Shown here: piece by piece, positions 35,855-44,108 of the stretch
Layout of the letters: every line of letters begins with the position of its first letter
How positions within the stretch are numbered: position 1 is the stretch's first letter
Source of the DNA: Candidatus Woesearchaeota archaeon
GTDB taxonomy: Archaea > Nanobdellota > Nanobdellia > Woesearchaeales > GW2011-AR4
Length of the DNA stretch: 54,562 bases
NCBI GenBank assembly: GCA_018303185.1
Contig: JAGVYR010000030.1
Span: forward strand, 1 to 54,562
Direction of reading: 5' to 3'
Position numbers and translations under genes: made by a program
The notes under the pieces: generated by a model
The model's database searches: none
Told to the model about the DNA's origin: nothing
The model's input: only the letters and a program-made list of their open reading frames with translations

Positions 35855-36400
35855 TCAGTTTACACCTGCGCTGTTTATAGATTCTATTACCTTGTCCTTT
35901 GTGAATGCCTCCAAAGACCTTGAGGCTTCTTTTCCATCGCTGCCAATTATTACCTTTGTATGCTGCAGCCTTATATTGAATTTCTCTATCATTTCCTTGT
36001 CCTCTTCATTTGTTTTGCCGTCATTGAAATGAACCTCATAGCCAACGACATTTTCATTGTCCAATTCATTGAAAGCTGAGAATATGTGCGGCTGCTCTGC
36101 ATTGCAGATAGGGCACCAGTCTGCATGAAAGTCAAGGAAGATAGTTTTTCCTTCCTTTAACGACTGCTCGTAATGGGCTTTGTCAAACCTATAATAATTA
36201 TTTGCGAGTTTTTCCAGATTTTCGTTGGATTCCATCATTGCGCCTTTTCCAATAGTGCTGTCCTTTTCCATCATATTGCCCGTTTCAATGGCTTTTTCCT
36301 GTATCGCTTCCTCATTTATCTCTGCATTCCGGGCAACATTAGAGCATCCGTATGCGAAAACCATTGCCGCCATTAAAATTCCCAAAAACACCGATTTCAT
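35855..36400 (-). CDS. secreted or lipobox-like thioredoxin-fold protein
   Basis: The signal peptide ends in FAYGCS. It contains FLDFHADWCPICNAEQP. Confidence 0.7.
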   Translation of the reverse strand: MKSVFLGILMAAMVFAYGCSNVARNAEINEEAIQEKAIETGNMMEKDSTIGKGAMMESNENLEKLANNYYRFDKAHYEQSLKEGKTIFLDFHADWCPICNAEQPHIFSAFNELDNENVVGYEVHFNDGKTNEEDKEMIEKFNIRLQHTKVIIGSDGKEASRSLEAFTKDKVIESINSAGVN

Positions 36401-36477
36401 TCCATCACCCTGAGTTTTTTTCTCTTTTTTCTTTTCAGGCTTATATTAAATTTCTATTAAGCCATTAAAACAACGGC

Positions 36478-36762
36478 TTAATCCCTTGTTATGAACAATA
36501 AAACTGCAAAAGCTACTGCCTGCAATAGGCTGAAAATGAAGACGTGCACTGAAACTGCGGGCACATAGTAGTCCATCATGGTAACGAAGTAGTACAATGA
36601 TATAAGATTCTGAGCCAAGAAAAGAATTGCGAAGATGAAAAGCCCGTAAGTGAACCTCGATTTTATCCTGCTGAGATTCTTTGTGTATATCACCAACAGC
36701 GCTACAAGCAGAATTGTCGAGATTCCTGTAAAAATCGTTGTCAAATTCATCAGCATTGCCAT
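36478..36762 (-). CDS. small 3-TM membrane protein
   Basis: 94 aa and hydrophobic. It lies directly downstream of the ArsR-like regulator. Confidence 0.5.
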   Translation of the reverse strand: MAMLMNLTTIFTGISTILLVALLVIYTKNLSRIKSRFTYGLFIFAILFLAQNLISLYYFVTMMDYYVPAVSVHVFIFSLLQAVAFAVLLFITRD

Positions 36763-36820
36763 AAAGCTTCATCCCAGCTTTTGTTTATATAGTTTTACCC
36801 AAATTGGTTCCAAAATGAGC

Positions 36821-37111
36821 CTATTTTTTCTCAATCTTCCCCCAAATCCCATTAAAAGTGCTGATATCTGCTTTTATATACTCGGAAAGAAAAAATACAG
36901 CCCCGTAATTCCCCTTGTTTATTGCCGTAATAATCTGGTTTTTCTCCAGAACTTCAAGATGATGCCTGACCGTCTTGTAGTCTAATTTTAACTTTTCCGC
37001 GATTTTATTTGCGTTCGAGGGAGTTTTCTCAAGCAGCTTTATTATCCTGCCTCGAGTCTCGCCGCCCCTGGTGCCTGCAATAAGATACCATAAAAGGTTT
37101 TTCATGGGCAT
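36821..37111 (-). CDS. ArsR-family wHTH transcriptional regulator
   Basis: It contains RGRIIKLLEKTPSNANKIAEKLKLDYKTVRHHLEVLEKNQII. Confidence 0.7.
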   Translation of the reverse strand: MPMKNLLWYLIAGTRGGETRGRIIKLLEKTPSNANKIAEKLKLDYKTVRHHLEVLEKNQIITAINKGNYGAVFFLSEYIKADISTFNGIWGKIEKK

Positions 37112-37181
37112 TCAATGAGATGGAAGTTTTTAAGGCTTTTGGGGTATATAAGCTTTTAACCTGAACATCATTACCTCACTT

Positions 37182-37667
37182 ATGGCAGCAGTGTTAAGTT
37201 CAATGGCAGATGCTCAATCGGCAACTCTGAGAAAAATTGAATCCCTGAAACCTGAAGAAGTTGATGTGGATAATCATCGCTTTTCTTTAAACCCTATGGT
37301 CTCTATCGGATACAATGGGTGCAGGGCAGTTATCCTGAAAGGCAGAAACAGCCAGATGGGCTTAAGCCATACGCCACCCTATAAAGATATTGGCTCGTAT
37401 CTTGATGAAGCTGAAATTATATTTGGCGGTTACGAAGGTATGGGCGCTATTGTCTTCCCTAAATTTGAAAAATTTGAGGAAAAATGCCTTGACAGGGGCA
37501 TAAGCCCCCTTAGGCTTCCATGGCTGGAAGCGGCAGATGCAGCTTTTTCTGAAAGCCATGAAAAGAGAGACATTATAGTGGTGCCTTCTGCTTTGGAAAT
37601 ATTTGTTTATACTGCAACAAGAGAATTTAGCGGCACATTTTCCGGAAGCAGGCTTAAGCGCCATTGA
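37182..37667 (+). CDS. hypothetical protein (161 aa)
   Basis: The ORF has a TATA-like GTATATAAG about 30 nt upstream. The segment GYNGCRAVILKGRNSQMGLSHTPP is only loosely reminiscent of the CheD Cys...His core. Confidence 0.5.
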   Translation: MAAVLSSMADAQSATLRKIESLKPEEVDVDNHRFSLNPMVSIGYNGCRAVILKGRNSQMGLSHTPPYKDIGSYLDEAEIIFGGYEGMGAIVFPKFEKFEEKCLDRGISPLRLPWLEAADAAFSESHEKRDIIVVPSALEIFVYTATREFSGTFSGSRLKRH

Positions 37668-37770
37668 ATTCTGTTAAATAGACACATCATCCACAAGCTT
37701 TTTAAATATCGGATATGCAATATTTCAACAGTGGTTTTGAAAGGAAAGCGGCGGTTTTCGGGCGCAGGGA

Positions 37771-37789
37771 GTTAAATCATGGATTTAAC
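37771..37789. promoter_or_regulatory. perfect 8-bp inverted repeat upstream of the CARF-like regulator gene
   Basis: The repeat reads GTTAAATC-ATG-GATTTAAC and lies 58 nt before the ATG at 37847. Confidence 0.3.
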
Positions 37790-37846
37790 CATTAAGGAAA
37801 ACCATTTAAAAAACAGAAATTATCCGGTTAAACGGGCGATTGAAAG

Positions 37847-38482
37847 ATGAAATATGTGGTTGTGGCTCCTGTCGGGGGCAGCATGGACGCATTGTTTGTG
37901 GGAATAAGGGAATTTCCCACCGAAAGAGTCATTCTTCTGGTCCCTGAAGGCAAGGCAGACGAGGCAAGGAAGGCGAAGCACGATCTGGACAGGTTCAAGA
38001 TACCTGCTGAAATACAGGAAATAAAAGGCAGCGTATGGGAATCCGTTTTTATGAAGATAGCCGAGATAAAAAACATAGAGAAAGGAAAAGAAATCCTGAT
38101 AAACACATCAACAGGGGACAGAAACACGACATGCGCAGCAACTTCAGCGGCTTTTGTAAACGGGCTCAAGGCGATTGCAGTTGACGGCAATGAGGCAATG
38201 CTCCTTCCTGTGCTGAAATTCTCCTATTACAACATGATTGCAGGGAGAAAGATGGAAATACTCAAATTGCTGGCAAAGCCCGGGTGCTGCGCGTCACTTG
38301 AAGAATTAAGCAGGAAAACGAAAATGTCCCTTCCATTAATAAGCTACCACATCAACGGAAACCTCAAGTCAGAAGGGCTGAAGGAGATGGGCCTTATAGA
38401 GACAACTGAAGTGAAAGGCAGGGTTGGAGTCACACTTTCGACACTGGGAAGGATGCTGATTAAGGGGTATATTGGTTCTTGA
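37847..38482 (+). CDS. Csa3-like regulator: CARF-like Rossmann domain plus C-terminal wHTH
   Basis: The N-terminus reads MKYVVVAPVGGS, with ILINTSTGDRNTTCAATSAA matching the CARF [DN]xTxGx[KR]-like motif. The C-terminus reads MEILKLLAK..ASLEELSRKTKMSLPLISYHINGNL (wHTH). Confidence 0.55.
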   Translation: MKYVVVAPVGGSMDALFVGIREFPTERVILLVPEGKADEARKAKHDLDRFKIPAEIQEIKGSVWESVFMKIAEIKNIEKGKEILINTSTGDRNTTCAATSAAFVNGLKAIAVDGNEAMLLPVLKFSYYNMIAGRKMEILKLLAKPGCCASLEELSRKTKMSLPLISYHINGNLKSEGLKEMGLIETTEVKGRVGVTLSTLGRMLIKGYIGS

Positions 38483-38533
38483 CTATTCTATAGTGATTAA
38501 CTTTATATAGGATTCTATAATGCCTATACGCTT

Positions 38534-39793
38534 ATGGACATTTCATTGCTTGTTGAAAATACTATACTCAAGGGAGAAAACCAGCCTCTCCTTAGGCTAT
38601 ACGAAAGCCTAGGCAAGGTGGTTGTTGCAGAGCCCTGGGAGATAAATGCCAAGGCGGCCAAAAAGATAAAGAGGATCAATGTCCTTGTTACGAGGTCAAA
38701 GGTAAAAGTTACAAAAGAGCTTATTGATGCGGCTGAATGGAGGGCAATTGCAACAGTTACCGCAGGCACCGACCATATTGACACTGCTTATGCAAAAAAG
38801 AGAGAAATTCCAGTGATCTATGCGCCGGGCTCAAATTCGAATGCTGTTGCCGAGTTTTTTTTCACCGCAATTGGCTATGTTTTAAGAGGCAGAGAGAAGC
38901 CGTTAAGCAAATATTCTCTTGGAGTAATAGGAAACGGCCATTGCGGCAGCGCAGTGGTGCGCATTGCGCAGGGATTCGGGATGGAAACAAGAATCTATGA
39001 CCCGCCCCTTCATACAAAAGCACCTGAAAGCTTTAAGCAAAGCGACCTTGAAGAAACCCTCGCATGCGATATTGTGACATTGCATATTCCCCTTACCAAA
39101 TCAGGAAAGTATGCCACTAAAGGGATGATTAATGAAGAAACACTTCGGTATATGAAAAAAGGCGCATACCTAGTAAATATGTCAAGGGGAGGAGTTTTGG
39201 ACACTCAAGCAGTAATAGATGCCATACATAAAGATAGGATAGGGGGAGTAATCACTGACGTCTTTGCAAATGAGCCTTCTCTTTCTGCTGAGGACAGGCA
39301 ACTTGCAGATAATGCAGTCCTGGCGACGCCGCATGTGGCGGGATGGGCGGCCGAGGCATTGAGGAGAGGGGCAGTGCAGGCATATTATGGGATTTGCGAA
39401 GCCCTTAACACCACACCGGATGAACATGCAGATGATTATATCACCAAAGGGCTTAAAGAAAGGTATGGGCATGTGGTCGAGATAAATGGAGAGAAAAATG
39501 CTGTCGAGAGGGCGTTTTTAAAACTTCTCGAGGCAAATCATGATATTGCTGAAACAAGCTGGCAATTCAAGACGGGATTGGGGCGCGCATCCTCCTCAGG
39601 GCATGCTGCGATTTGCTTTAATTGGATGAGGGCTGAACATAACAGAAGAGAGATAGCAGGCAAGGCAATTCAGCTTGACATAAAAGACAGAAAGCTAAGT
39701 GCGCAGGCTGAAAAACTGGCTCTGGCATTCAATATGGGGATATACGATTCTGGCAGAGGCAGGCAGCCAAATTACATAATGAGAATTTCTTAA
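38534..39793 (+). CDS. D-2-hydroxyacid dehydrogenase, PdxB (erythronate-4-phosphate dehydrogenase)-like architecture
   Basis: It contains TVTAGTDHIDTAYAKKREIPVIYAPGSNSNAVAEF, GVIGNGHCG and TPHVAGW. A C-terminal extension of about 120 aa contains F..MR....RRE, as in the PdxB dimerisation domain. Confidence 0.65.
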   Translation: MDISLLVENTILKGENQPLLRLYESLGKVVVAEPWEINAKAAKKIKRINVLVTRSKVKVTKELIDAAEWRAIATVTAGTDHIDTAYAKKREIPVIYAPGSNSNAVAEFFFTAIGYVLRGREKPLSKYSLGVIGNGHCGSAVVRIAQGFGMETRIYDPPLHTKAPESFKQSDLEETLACDIVTLHIPLTKSGKYATKGMINEETLRYMKKGAYLVNMSRGGVLDTQAVIDAIHKDRIGGVITDVFANEPSLSAEDRQLADNAVLATPHVAGWAAEALRRGAVQAYYGICEALNTTPDEHADDYITKGLKERYGHVVEINGEKNAVERAFLKLLEANHDIAETSWQFKTGLGRASSSGHAAICFNWMRAEHNRREIAGKAIQLDIKDRKLSAQAEKLALAFNMGIYDSGRGRQPNYIMRIS

Positions 39794-40659
39794 GCAGCCT
39801 TTACAGAAGATGTTTTTTCAATCTTCCTGTAAACAATAAAAACCACACCAAGATAAGCAGCATAGCTTAAAACCTCAACCAAAGAAGGATTCCCATTATA
39901 GCCGAAAAGCCCTACAAAAAAGCTTCCGATTGCGCCTTTCTCATGAAGCAGAGGGAAAGAGCCGTCTGCATTGACAGCAGGGTTTATGTCCCAAACATGC
40001 TCAACAACTATCGGAACTATTCCGGCTTCCTCAAGCTCATGGATTCCATGCGCAACAAGGCCTGCAGCAAACAGTATCAAAAGCACGGAGCTTATACTGA
40101 AGAATTTCCTCAAATTGACTTTTCTTGTGCCTGAGAAAAACAGATAGCCGGCTATGAGGGCAATAGCGATGCCCAAAGTGCTGCCAAGCAATGAAATTCC
40201 GCTTTCATACTTTACGGCATTCAGAAATATGACAGTCTCAATGCCTTCCCTCAATACTGCTATTGATATCAATATGAAAAGGCCCCACGCATATCTTTTG
40301 TTCAGCTCCGCAACCCGGATGTGGGCATGAACCCTTTCCTGGATATTTTTTGACATGCGGTGCTTTTGCTTCAGCATCCATAATACCATGGTTGAAAGAA
40401 GGGCAGCAGCGATAAGCATTGTAGCGCCTTCAAAAATCTCCTCAGACTTTCCTGAAAAGCCGCCGGCGAAAACAGTGAACATGACAGCGGCAAGAATGCT
40501 TGCGATTATGCCAAATGCTATGCCATAATAGACCGTCTTCTTGTACTCGTAGCGCTCTGTCTTGTTGAGATAGGCCATCACTATTCCTACGACTAAAGCC
40601 GCTTCCAGTGTTTCCCTTGATGTCAATAAAAAGCTTGATAGCATTGCGTTTTCCACCAT
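39790..40659 (-). CDS. FTR1/EfeU-family high-affinity iron permease
   Basis: It has two REXXE motifs, RETLEAALV and REGIETVIFL, and 7 TM segments. Confidence 0.85.
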   Translation of the reverse strand: MVENAMLSSFLLTSRETLEAALVVGIVMAYLNKTERYEYKKTVYYGIAFGIIASILAAVMFTVFAGGFSGKSEEIFEGATMLIAAALLSTMVLWMLKQKHRMSKNIQERVHAHIRVAELNKRYAWGLFILISIAVLREGIETVIFLNAVKYESGISLLGSTLGIAIALIAGYLFFSGTRKVNLRKFFSISSVLLILFAAGLVAHGIHELEEAGIVPIVVEHVWDINPAVNADGSFPLLHEKGAIGSFFVGLFGYNGNPSLVEVLSYAAYLGVVFIVYRKIEKTSSVKAA

Positions 40660-40666
40660 TTAATAA

Positions 40667-40860
40667 GGCTCCAGTGAAAATCTCACTTCGTTCGGCCAGT
40701 GCCTGCTCGCCTTTATGAGTTTTTCTCAGGCATGCCACCCCGCAACTGGTTACACCCGGTTGACATGTAACGAAAATCGAAGATTTTCGGAACGTCCGGA
40801 AACCTTCGGTTTCCGATACGCAAGATGGAGCTTACAGCTCCATGCCGTGGCTATAAGAAG
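40667..40860 (+). mobile_element. degenerate or partial copy of the MITE-like element (copy F)
   Basis: It starts GGCTCCAGTGAAAATCTCACTTCGTTCGG (terminus plus loop motif). It shares CAACTGGTTACACCCGGTTGACA with copy B and TGAGTTTTTC..GCCACCCCG with copy A. Several perfect hairpins are present. I found no matching right terminus or target-site duplication. Confidence 0.4.
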
Positions 40861-40932
40861 AGATATTTAAACTTTTTTACAGCAAATTAAGAAATATTGC
40901 GGAAAGATTAAAAATGGCTGCGAATTCAGCAA

Positions 40933-41097
40933 AGGTCGGTGCGAAATGAAGGTTGCCATCATCAGGGCGAGGCTCTTTAATTGGCAGATTAAAAGAGTTG
41001 AAGGGGACGCTCCCTACGGGACTTCAACGATACTTTCAGAGAGACATCAAAGCCGAGCAGATGGCAACCCGAAGAATGAGATTTCGCACCGACATAG
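40933..41097 (-). mobile_element. structured MITE-like element, copy G (165 nt)
   Basis: Its termini, AGGTCGGTGCGAAAT and ATTTCGCACCGAC, are directly flanked by the 9-bp direct repeat ATTCAGCAA (40924-40932 and 41098-41106). The inner stem pairs GGTTGCCATC with GATGGCAACC. Confidence 0.7.
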
Positions 41098-41118
41098 ATT
41101 CAGCAACAAAGGGGGAAA

Positions 41119-41547
41119 ATGGACCAGCTTGACAATAGTATAATACAGATTCTAAGAAAGAATGGAAGGGCATCTTTCCAGGAGATGGCAAAGCTTCTAA
41201 ATGCACCTGAAAGCACCATAAGAAGCCGTGTCAAAGGCTTGGAAAGCAAAGGAGCTATAAGGGGATATTCCGCTGTTGTAGACCCTTCAAAGCTCGGATT
41301 TGGCAGTGTTGCAATGGTCGGCATAGACACAGCACCTGAAAGGTTTCTGGAAATTGCAAACATGCTTACAGAATTTGAGAGTGTAAAATCTGTCTCAACA
41401 TGCTCAGGAGACCATATGATAATGACTGAAATCTGGATGGAGAATGCCTCCCAGCTAAGGGATTTTATCAGGAATAAAGTGGAGAAGATTGACGGGGTTA
41501 CAAGGACATGCCCTGCGATAGTGATGGAAAGATTGAAGGAAGCTTGA
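41119..41547 (+). CDS. Lrp/AsnC-family transcriptional regulator
   Basis: It contains LDNSIIQILRKNGRASFQEMAKLLNAPESTIRSRVKGLESKGAIRGY plus a C-terminal RAM-like domain. Confidence 0.85.
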   Translation: MDQLDNSIIQILRKNGRASFQEMAKLLNAPESTIRSRVKGLESKGAIRGYSAVVDPSKLGFGSVAMVGIDTAPERFLEIANMLTEFESVKSVSTCSGDHMIMTEIWMENASQLRDFIRNKVEKIDGVTRTCPAIVMERLKEA

Positions 41548-41574
41548 TATTGCTTACACATCCAGGGGGGGCAA

Positions 41575-41729
41575 GGTCAACTTAAGGAAGGGTGCCTCAT
41601 TATTTCTGCTGAGGCAATGAATGCGTTCTGGAACAATGGAACAGTTTTTCCCCAATAAAAAATATCCAATGGCTCAAAATAAAAAACATTCAAAAAACTG
41701 CCGAAGCAGATGGCACCCTTAAGTTGGCC
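41575..41729 (+). repeat. second repeat family, copy H
   Basis: Its termini are GGTCAACTTAAGGAAGGGTGCC and GGCACCCTTAAGTTGGCC. The core at 41625-41663 matches 24480-24518 at 38 of 39 positions. Confidence 0.5.
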
Positions 41730-41783
41730 ATATCTCCGGGAAGCGACGATAGATTTAAATACCATAAACATAACTATTACAAC

Positions 41784-41987
41784 ATGAGCGACACAATAAC
41801 TATACCCAAATCGGAATACAAGAAGCTAAAGGAATCTGTAACAATATCAAAAGCAGAATATGAGGAGATGCTTGAAACTATTGAAATTTTAAGCGACAGG
41901 GGCATTCTGAAAGATATCAGTGATTCCAAGAAGCAGTTTGAAGAAGGCAAATTTACGACTTTAAGCAATCTCAAAAATGAAATTTGA
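41784..41987 (+). CDS. antitoxin (Phd/YefM/RelB-like)
   Basis: 67 aa with EEMLETIEILSD. It overlaps the downstream RelE-family gene by 11 nt. Confidence 0.6.
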   Translation: MSDTITIPKSEYKKLKESVTISKAEYEEMLETIEILSDRGILKDISDSKKQFEEGKFTTLSNLKNEI

Positions 41988-42246
41988 GGTTGTCGTTCCT
42001 GATAAAATAAAGAAGAGAATTCTGAAGCTCGAGAAAGCTGACAGGGAAAGAATTTTTGAGAAACTTGACGAATTGTCCCCTAATTATGAGTTGGGCAAGC
42101 ACCTTTCTTCCATAAACCTATGGAGCTTAAGGGCAGGGGACTACAGGATTCTTTACCAAGCTGATAAAGGCAGAATAAAGATATTTGTCTTCCATTTCGG
42201 AGGCAGGAAGAATGTTTACGATATCCTGAAAAAGCTTTCCAGGTAA
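41977..42246 (+). CDS. RelE/ParE-family toxin
   Basis: It contains LWSLRAGDYRILYQADKGRIKIFVFHFGGRKNVY and is a paralogue of 8722-8982. Confidence 0.8.
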   Translation: MKFEVVVPDKIKKRILKLEKADRERIFEKLDELSPNYELGKHLSSINLWSLRAGDYRILYQADKGRIKIFVFHFGGRKNVYDILKKLSR

Positions 42247-42258
42247 AACAAAAAACCC

Positions 42259-42960
42259 TTAAGCCCTGAAGGTGAACTTCTTCCTTATCTCGACAAAGCT
42301 CTCTGCCTTTACTTTCATTTTCTCAAGGGCCTTGTCAAGCACTGCATTCAGGGTTACATATGAAACAGCAATCCCGGATGCGAAAAGAAGCCTTTCAACC
42401 AAAACTACCGGTATGAGGGCAATGTAAGCTTCAACAGTCATTGGCACTGACCATATCCATATTGCGCCGCCAACAGCATGGGCTGCGAAAGTAGAGCCAA
42501 GGCTCTTTGCCATGACGCCTTCTGAATACTTCTTTGGCAGGACTGCTGCTATCAATGGGACTGTCCAGAACAGCGAGAAGTACCATACCTGCTTTCCCAA
42601 TGGGTGCGCTATAAATGCTGCTATTGCAATCAATGAAACAGCAATTCCGAAGCTTTTCCTCTTTGTTCCGAAATAGTATGCTGCAAAAAGCATAGGCAGG
42701 ATTCTTAGCAGGCTGAGCATTGAAAACTGGGTTCCTGCTATGAAAAAGTTTGAAAGCTGTGCAATCAAGACAGATGCAGCGCCTACAACAGGGCCAAGAA
42801 ACATGCCTGCTGTGGGCCCGAAGAGCTGGAACAGGGTAAAGAACTGGTTTTCTTTTCCAACCAATGCAGAGAAGTTGATGTTCATTCCGACAAGGGACAG
42901 CAAAGCAAACAATCCCAAAAACAATACACCTTTTTTCGTAAAGAGCTTTTTGAATTCCAT
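42259..42960 (-). CDS. polytopic membrane protein (possible transporter substrate-capture component)
   Basis: It has about 6 TM segments. The ATG at 42960 is preceded by AGGTGAT. The function is not established. Confidence 0.5.
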   Translation of the reverse strand: MEFKKLFTKKGVLFLGLFALLSLVGMNINFSALVGKENQFFTLFQLFGPTAGMFLGPVVGAASVLIAQLSNFFIAGTQFSMLSLLRILPMLFAAYYFGTKRKSFGIAVSLIAIAAFIAHPLGKQVWYFSLFWTVPLIAAVLPKKYSEGVMAKSLGSTFAAHAVGGAIWIWSVPMTVEAYIALIPVVLVERLLFASGIAVSYVTLNAVLDKALEKMKVKAESFVEIRKKFTFRA

Positions 42961-43010
42961 AAGGATATCACCTAGAAAATGCATAACTGATGGGTTTAAA
43001 AATGTTTTTA

Positions 43011-43514
43011 TCAAAACCCCTGCATCAGATGCACAGAATAAGTCTTTCCTTTCGGAATTCTTCTTATTAAGTTCCTTTTTTCAAAATCAGTCAGAACCTG
43101 AGAGACTTTTGCCTTTGATAAATCAGTGCGGAAAGTCAAAGTAGTCTGGGTTATGCCGTCCTGCTCTTTCACCGCCTTCAAAATGCGCTGCTCATAAGTA
43201 TCCATGACATTCAGGACAAGGCTGAACTTGTCTTCCTGCACTTTTGTATTTTTTTCCTGCTCAAGCCTTTCAAGTATTGCCTGCTCGCTTTTGTTAAAGA
43301 ACAATAAAAAGAAACCGAGGGAAGCTATGAAAGAGACAATGCCTATCGCAATATGTGATGTGCCTATGGCGCTCCTTACCTGCTGGCATCTTTCTGTAGG
43401 CGCGCACTGGAGGGCCTGCTCCTGCCTGTTCAAAGTTCCCATGAAAGAGAACAGCATAAAGCCTAGCACTATACTGACCCCTAATATCAGAAAGCCGAGC
43501 TTTTTTGACTCCAT
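43011..43514 (-). CDS. membrane-anchored MarR-like wHTH regulator
   Basis: It has two TM segments with a Cys-containing loop (CAPTERC). The C-terminus reads ILKAVKEQDGITQTTLTFRTDLSKAKVSQVLTDFEKRNLIRR. The ATG is preceded by GGTGGA. Confidence 0.65.
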   Translation of the reverse strand: MESKKLGFLILGVSIVLGFMLFSFMGTLNRQEQALQCAPTERCQQVRSAIGTSHIAIGIVSFIASLGFFLLFFNKSEQAILERLEQEKNTKVQEDKFSLVLNVMDTYEQRILKAVKEQDGITQTTLTFRTDLSKAKVSQVLTDFEKRNLIRRIPKGKTYSVHLMQGF

Positions 43515-43586
43515 AATCCACCTTTTAGGATAAAAAGGAAAAAACACTATAAAAAGATTGTGCTTTTTGCCAAGGAAAAAATTAAA

Positions 43587-44093
43587 TCAATCTTTTTTAA
43601 ATTTAAGCAGCAGCTTTCTCTCTTTCCAGACAATATAGAGCAGAAGAATGAATGCGGCTGCGAGCAAAGCAAGATTTAGGGAGCTTTTGCCGGTTTTTTC
43701 TGAAACAGAGCCTACATCAACACTGAAAGCTGTATCGGCAAGCAACTCCATGCCATTATAGAATTTTAAATCGATATCATAGCTGCCGCCTTCAGGGAAG
43801 ATATAGCTTAATGAGGAAATGCTGCCTTCAAGATAAAGATTTGTGGACAAAACAACTTCCTCTTCATTTGAAATCCTTATCCAAAGCCTGTCGGCATTCG
43901 CGTAACCGCTGTCATTTTTATTAGTAAGGATAAAGTTGAATATTGATTTTTCCCCAGCCTGCAGATTTACCGGAGCATAGCCAAAATCAACAATATAGCT
44001 TCCAGCCTCTTTGTCAATGCCCGCGTCAAGGTGTGAAATGGCAAAGACAGGTGAAAATACGATTGCAATCAAAATGAAATAAAACAGCTTCAT
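43587..44093 (-). CDS. secreted beta-rich protein with a C-terminal TM anchor
   Basis: It has a signal peptide, an Ig-like alternating pattern and a terminal TM segment (LNLALLAAAFILLLYIV). Confidence 0.5.
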   Translation of the reverse strand: MKLFYFILIAIVFSPVFAISHLDAGIDKEAGSYIVDFGYAPVNLQAGEKSIFNFILTNKNDSGYANADRLWIRISNEEEVVLSTNLYLEGSISSLSYIFPEGGSYDIDLKFYNGMELLADTAFSVDVGSVSEKTGKSSLNLALLAAAFILLLYIVWKERKLLLKFKKD

Positions 44094-44108
44094 ACCGCAT
44101 CATTCCCC

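Noticed and set aside
37779-37850. A 23-codon upstream ORF (MDLTIKENHLKNRNYPVKRAIER) with AGGGAG upstream and an ATGA overlap with the CARF-like regulator gene.
   Set aside because: It is too short to support as a gene from sequence alone. It is mentioned only as context in the corresponding finding.
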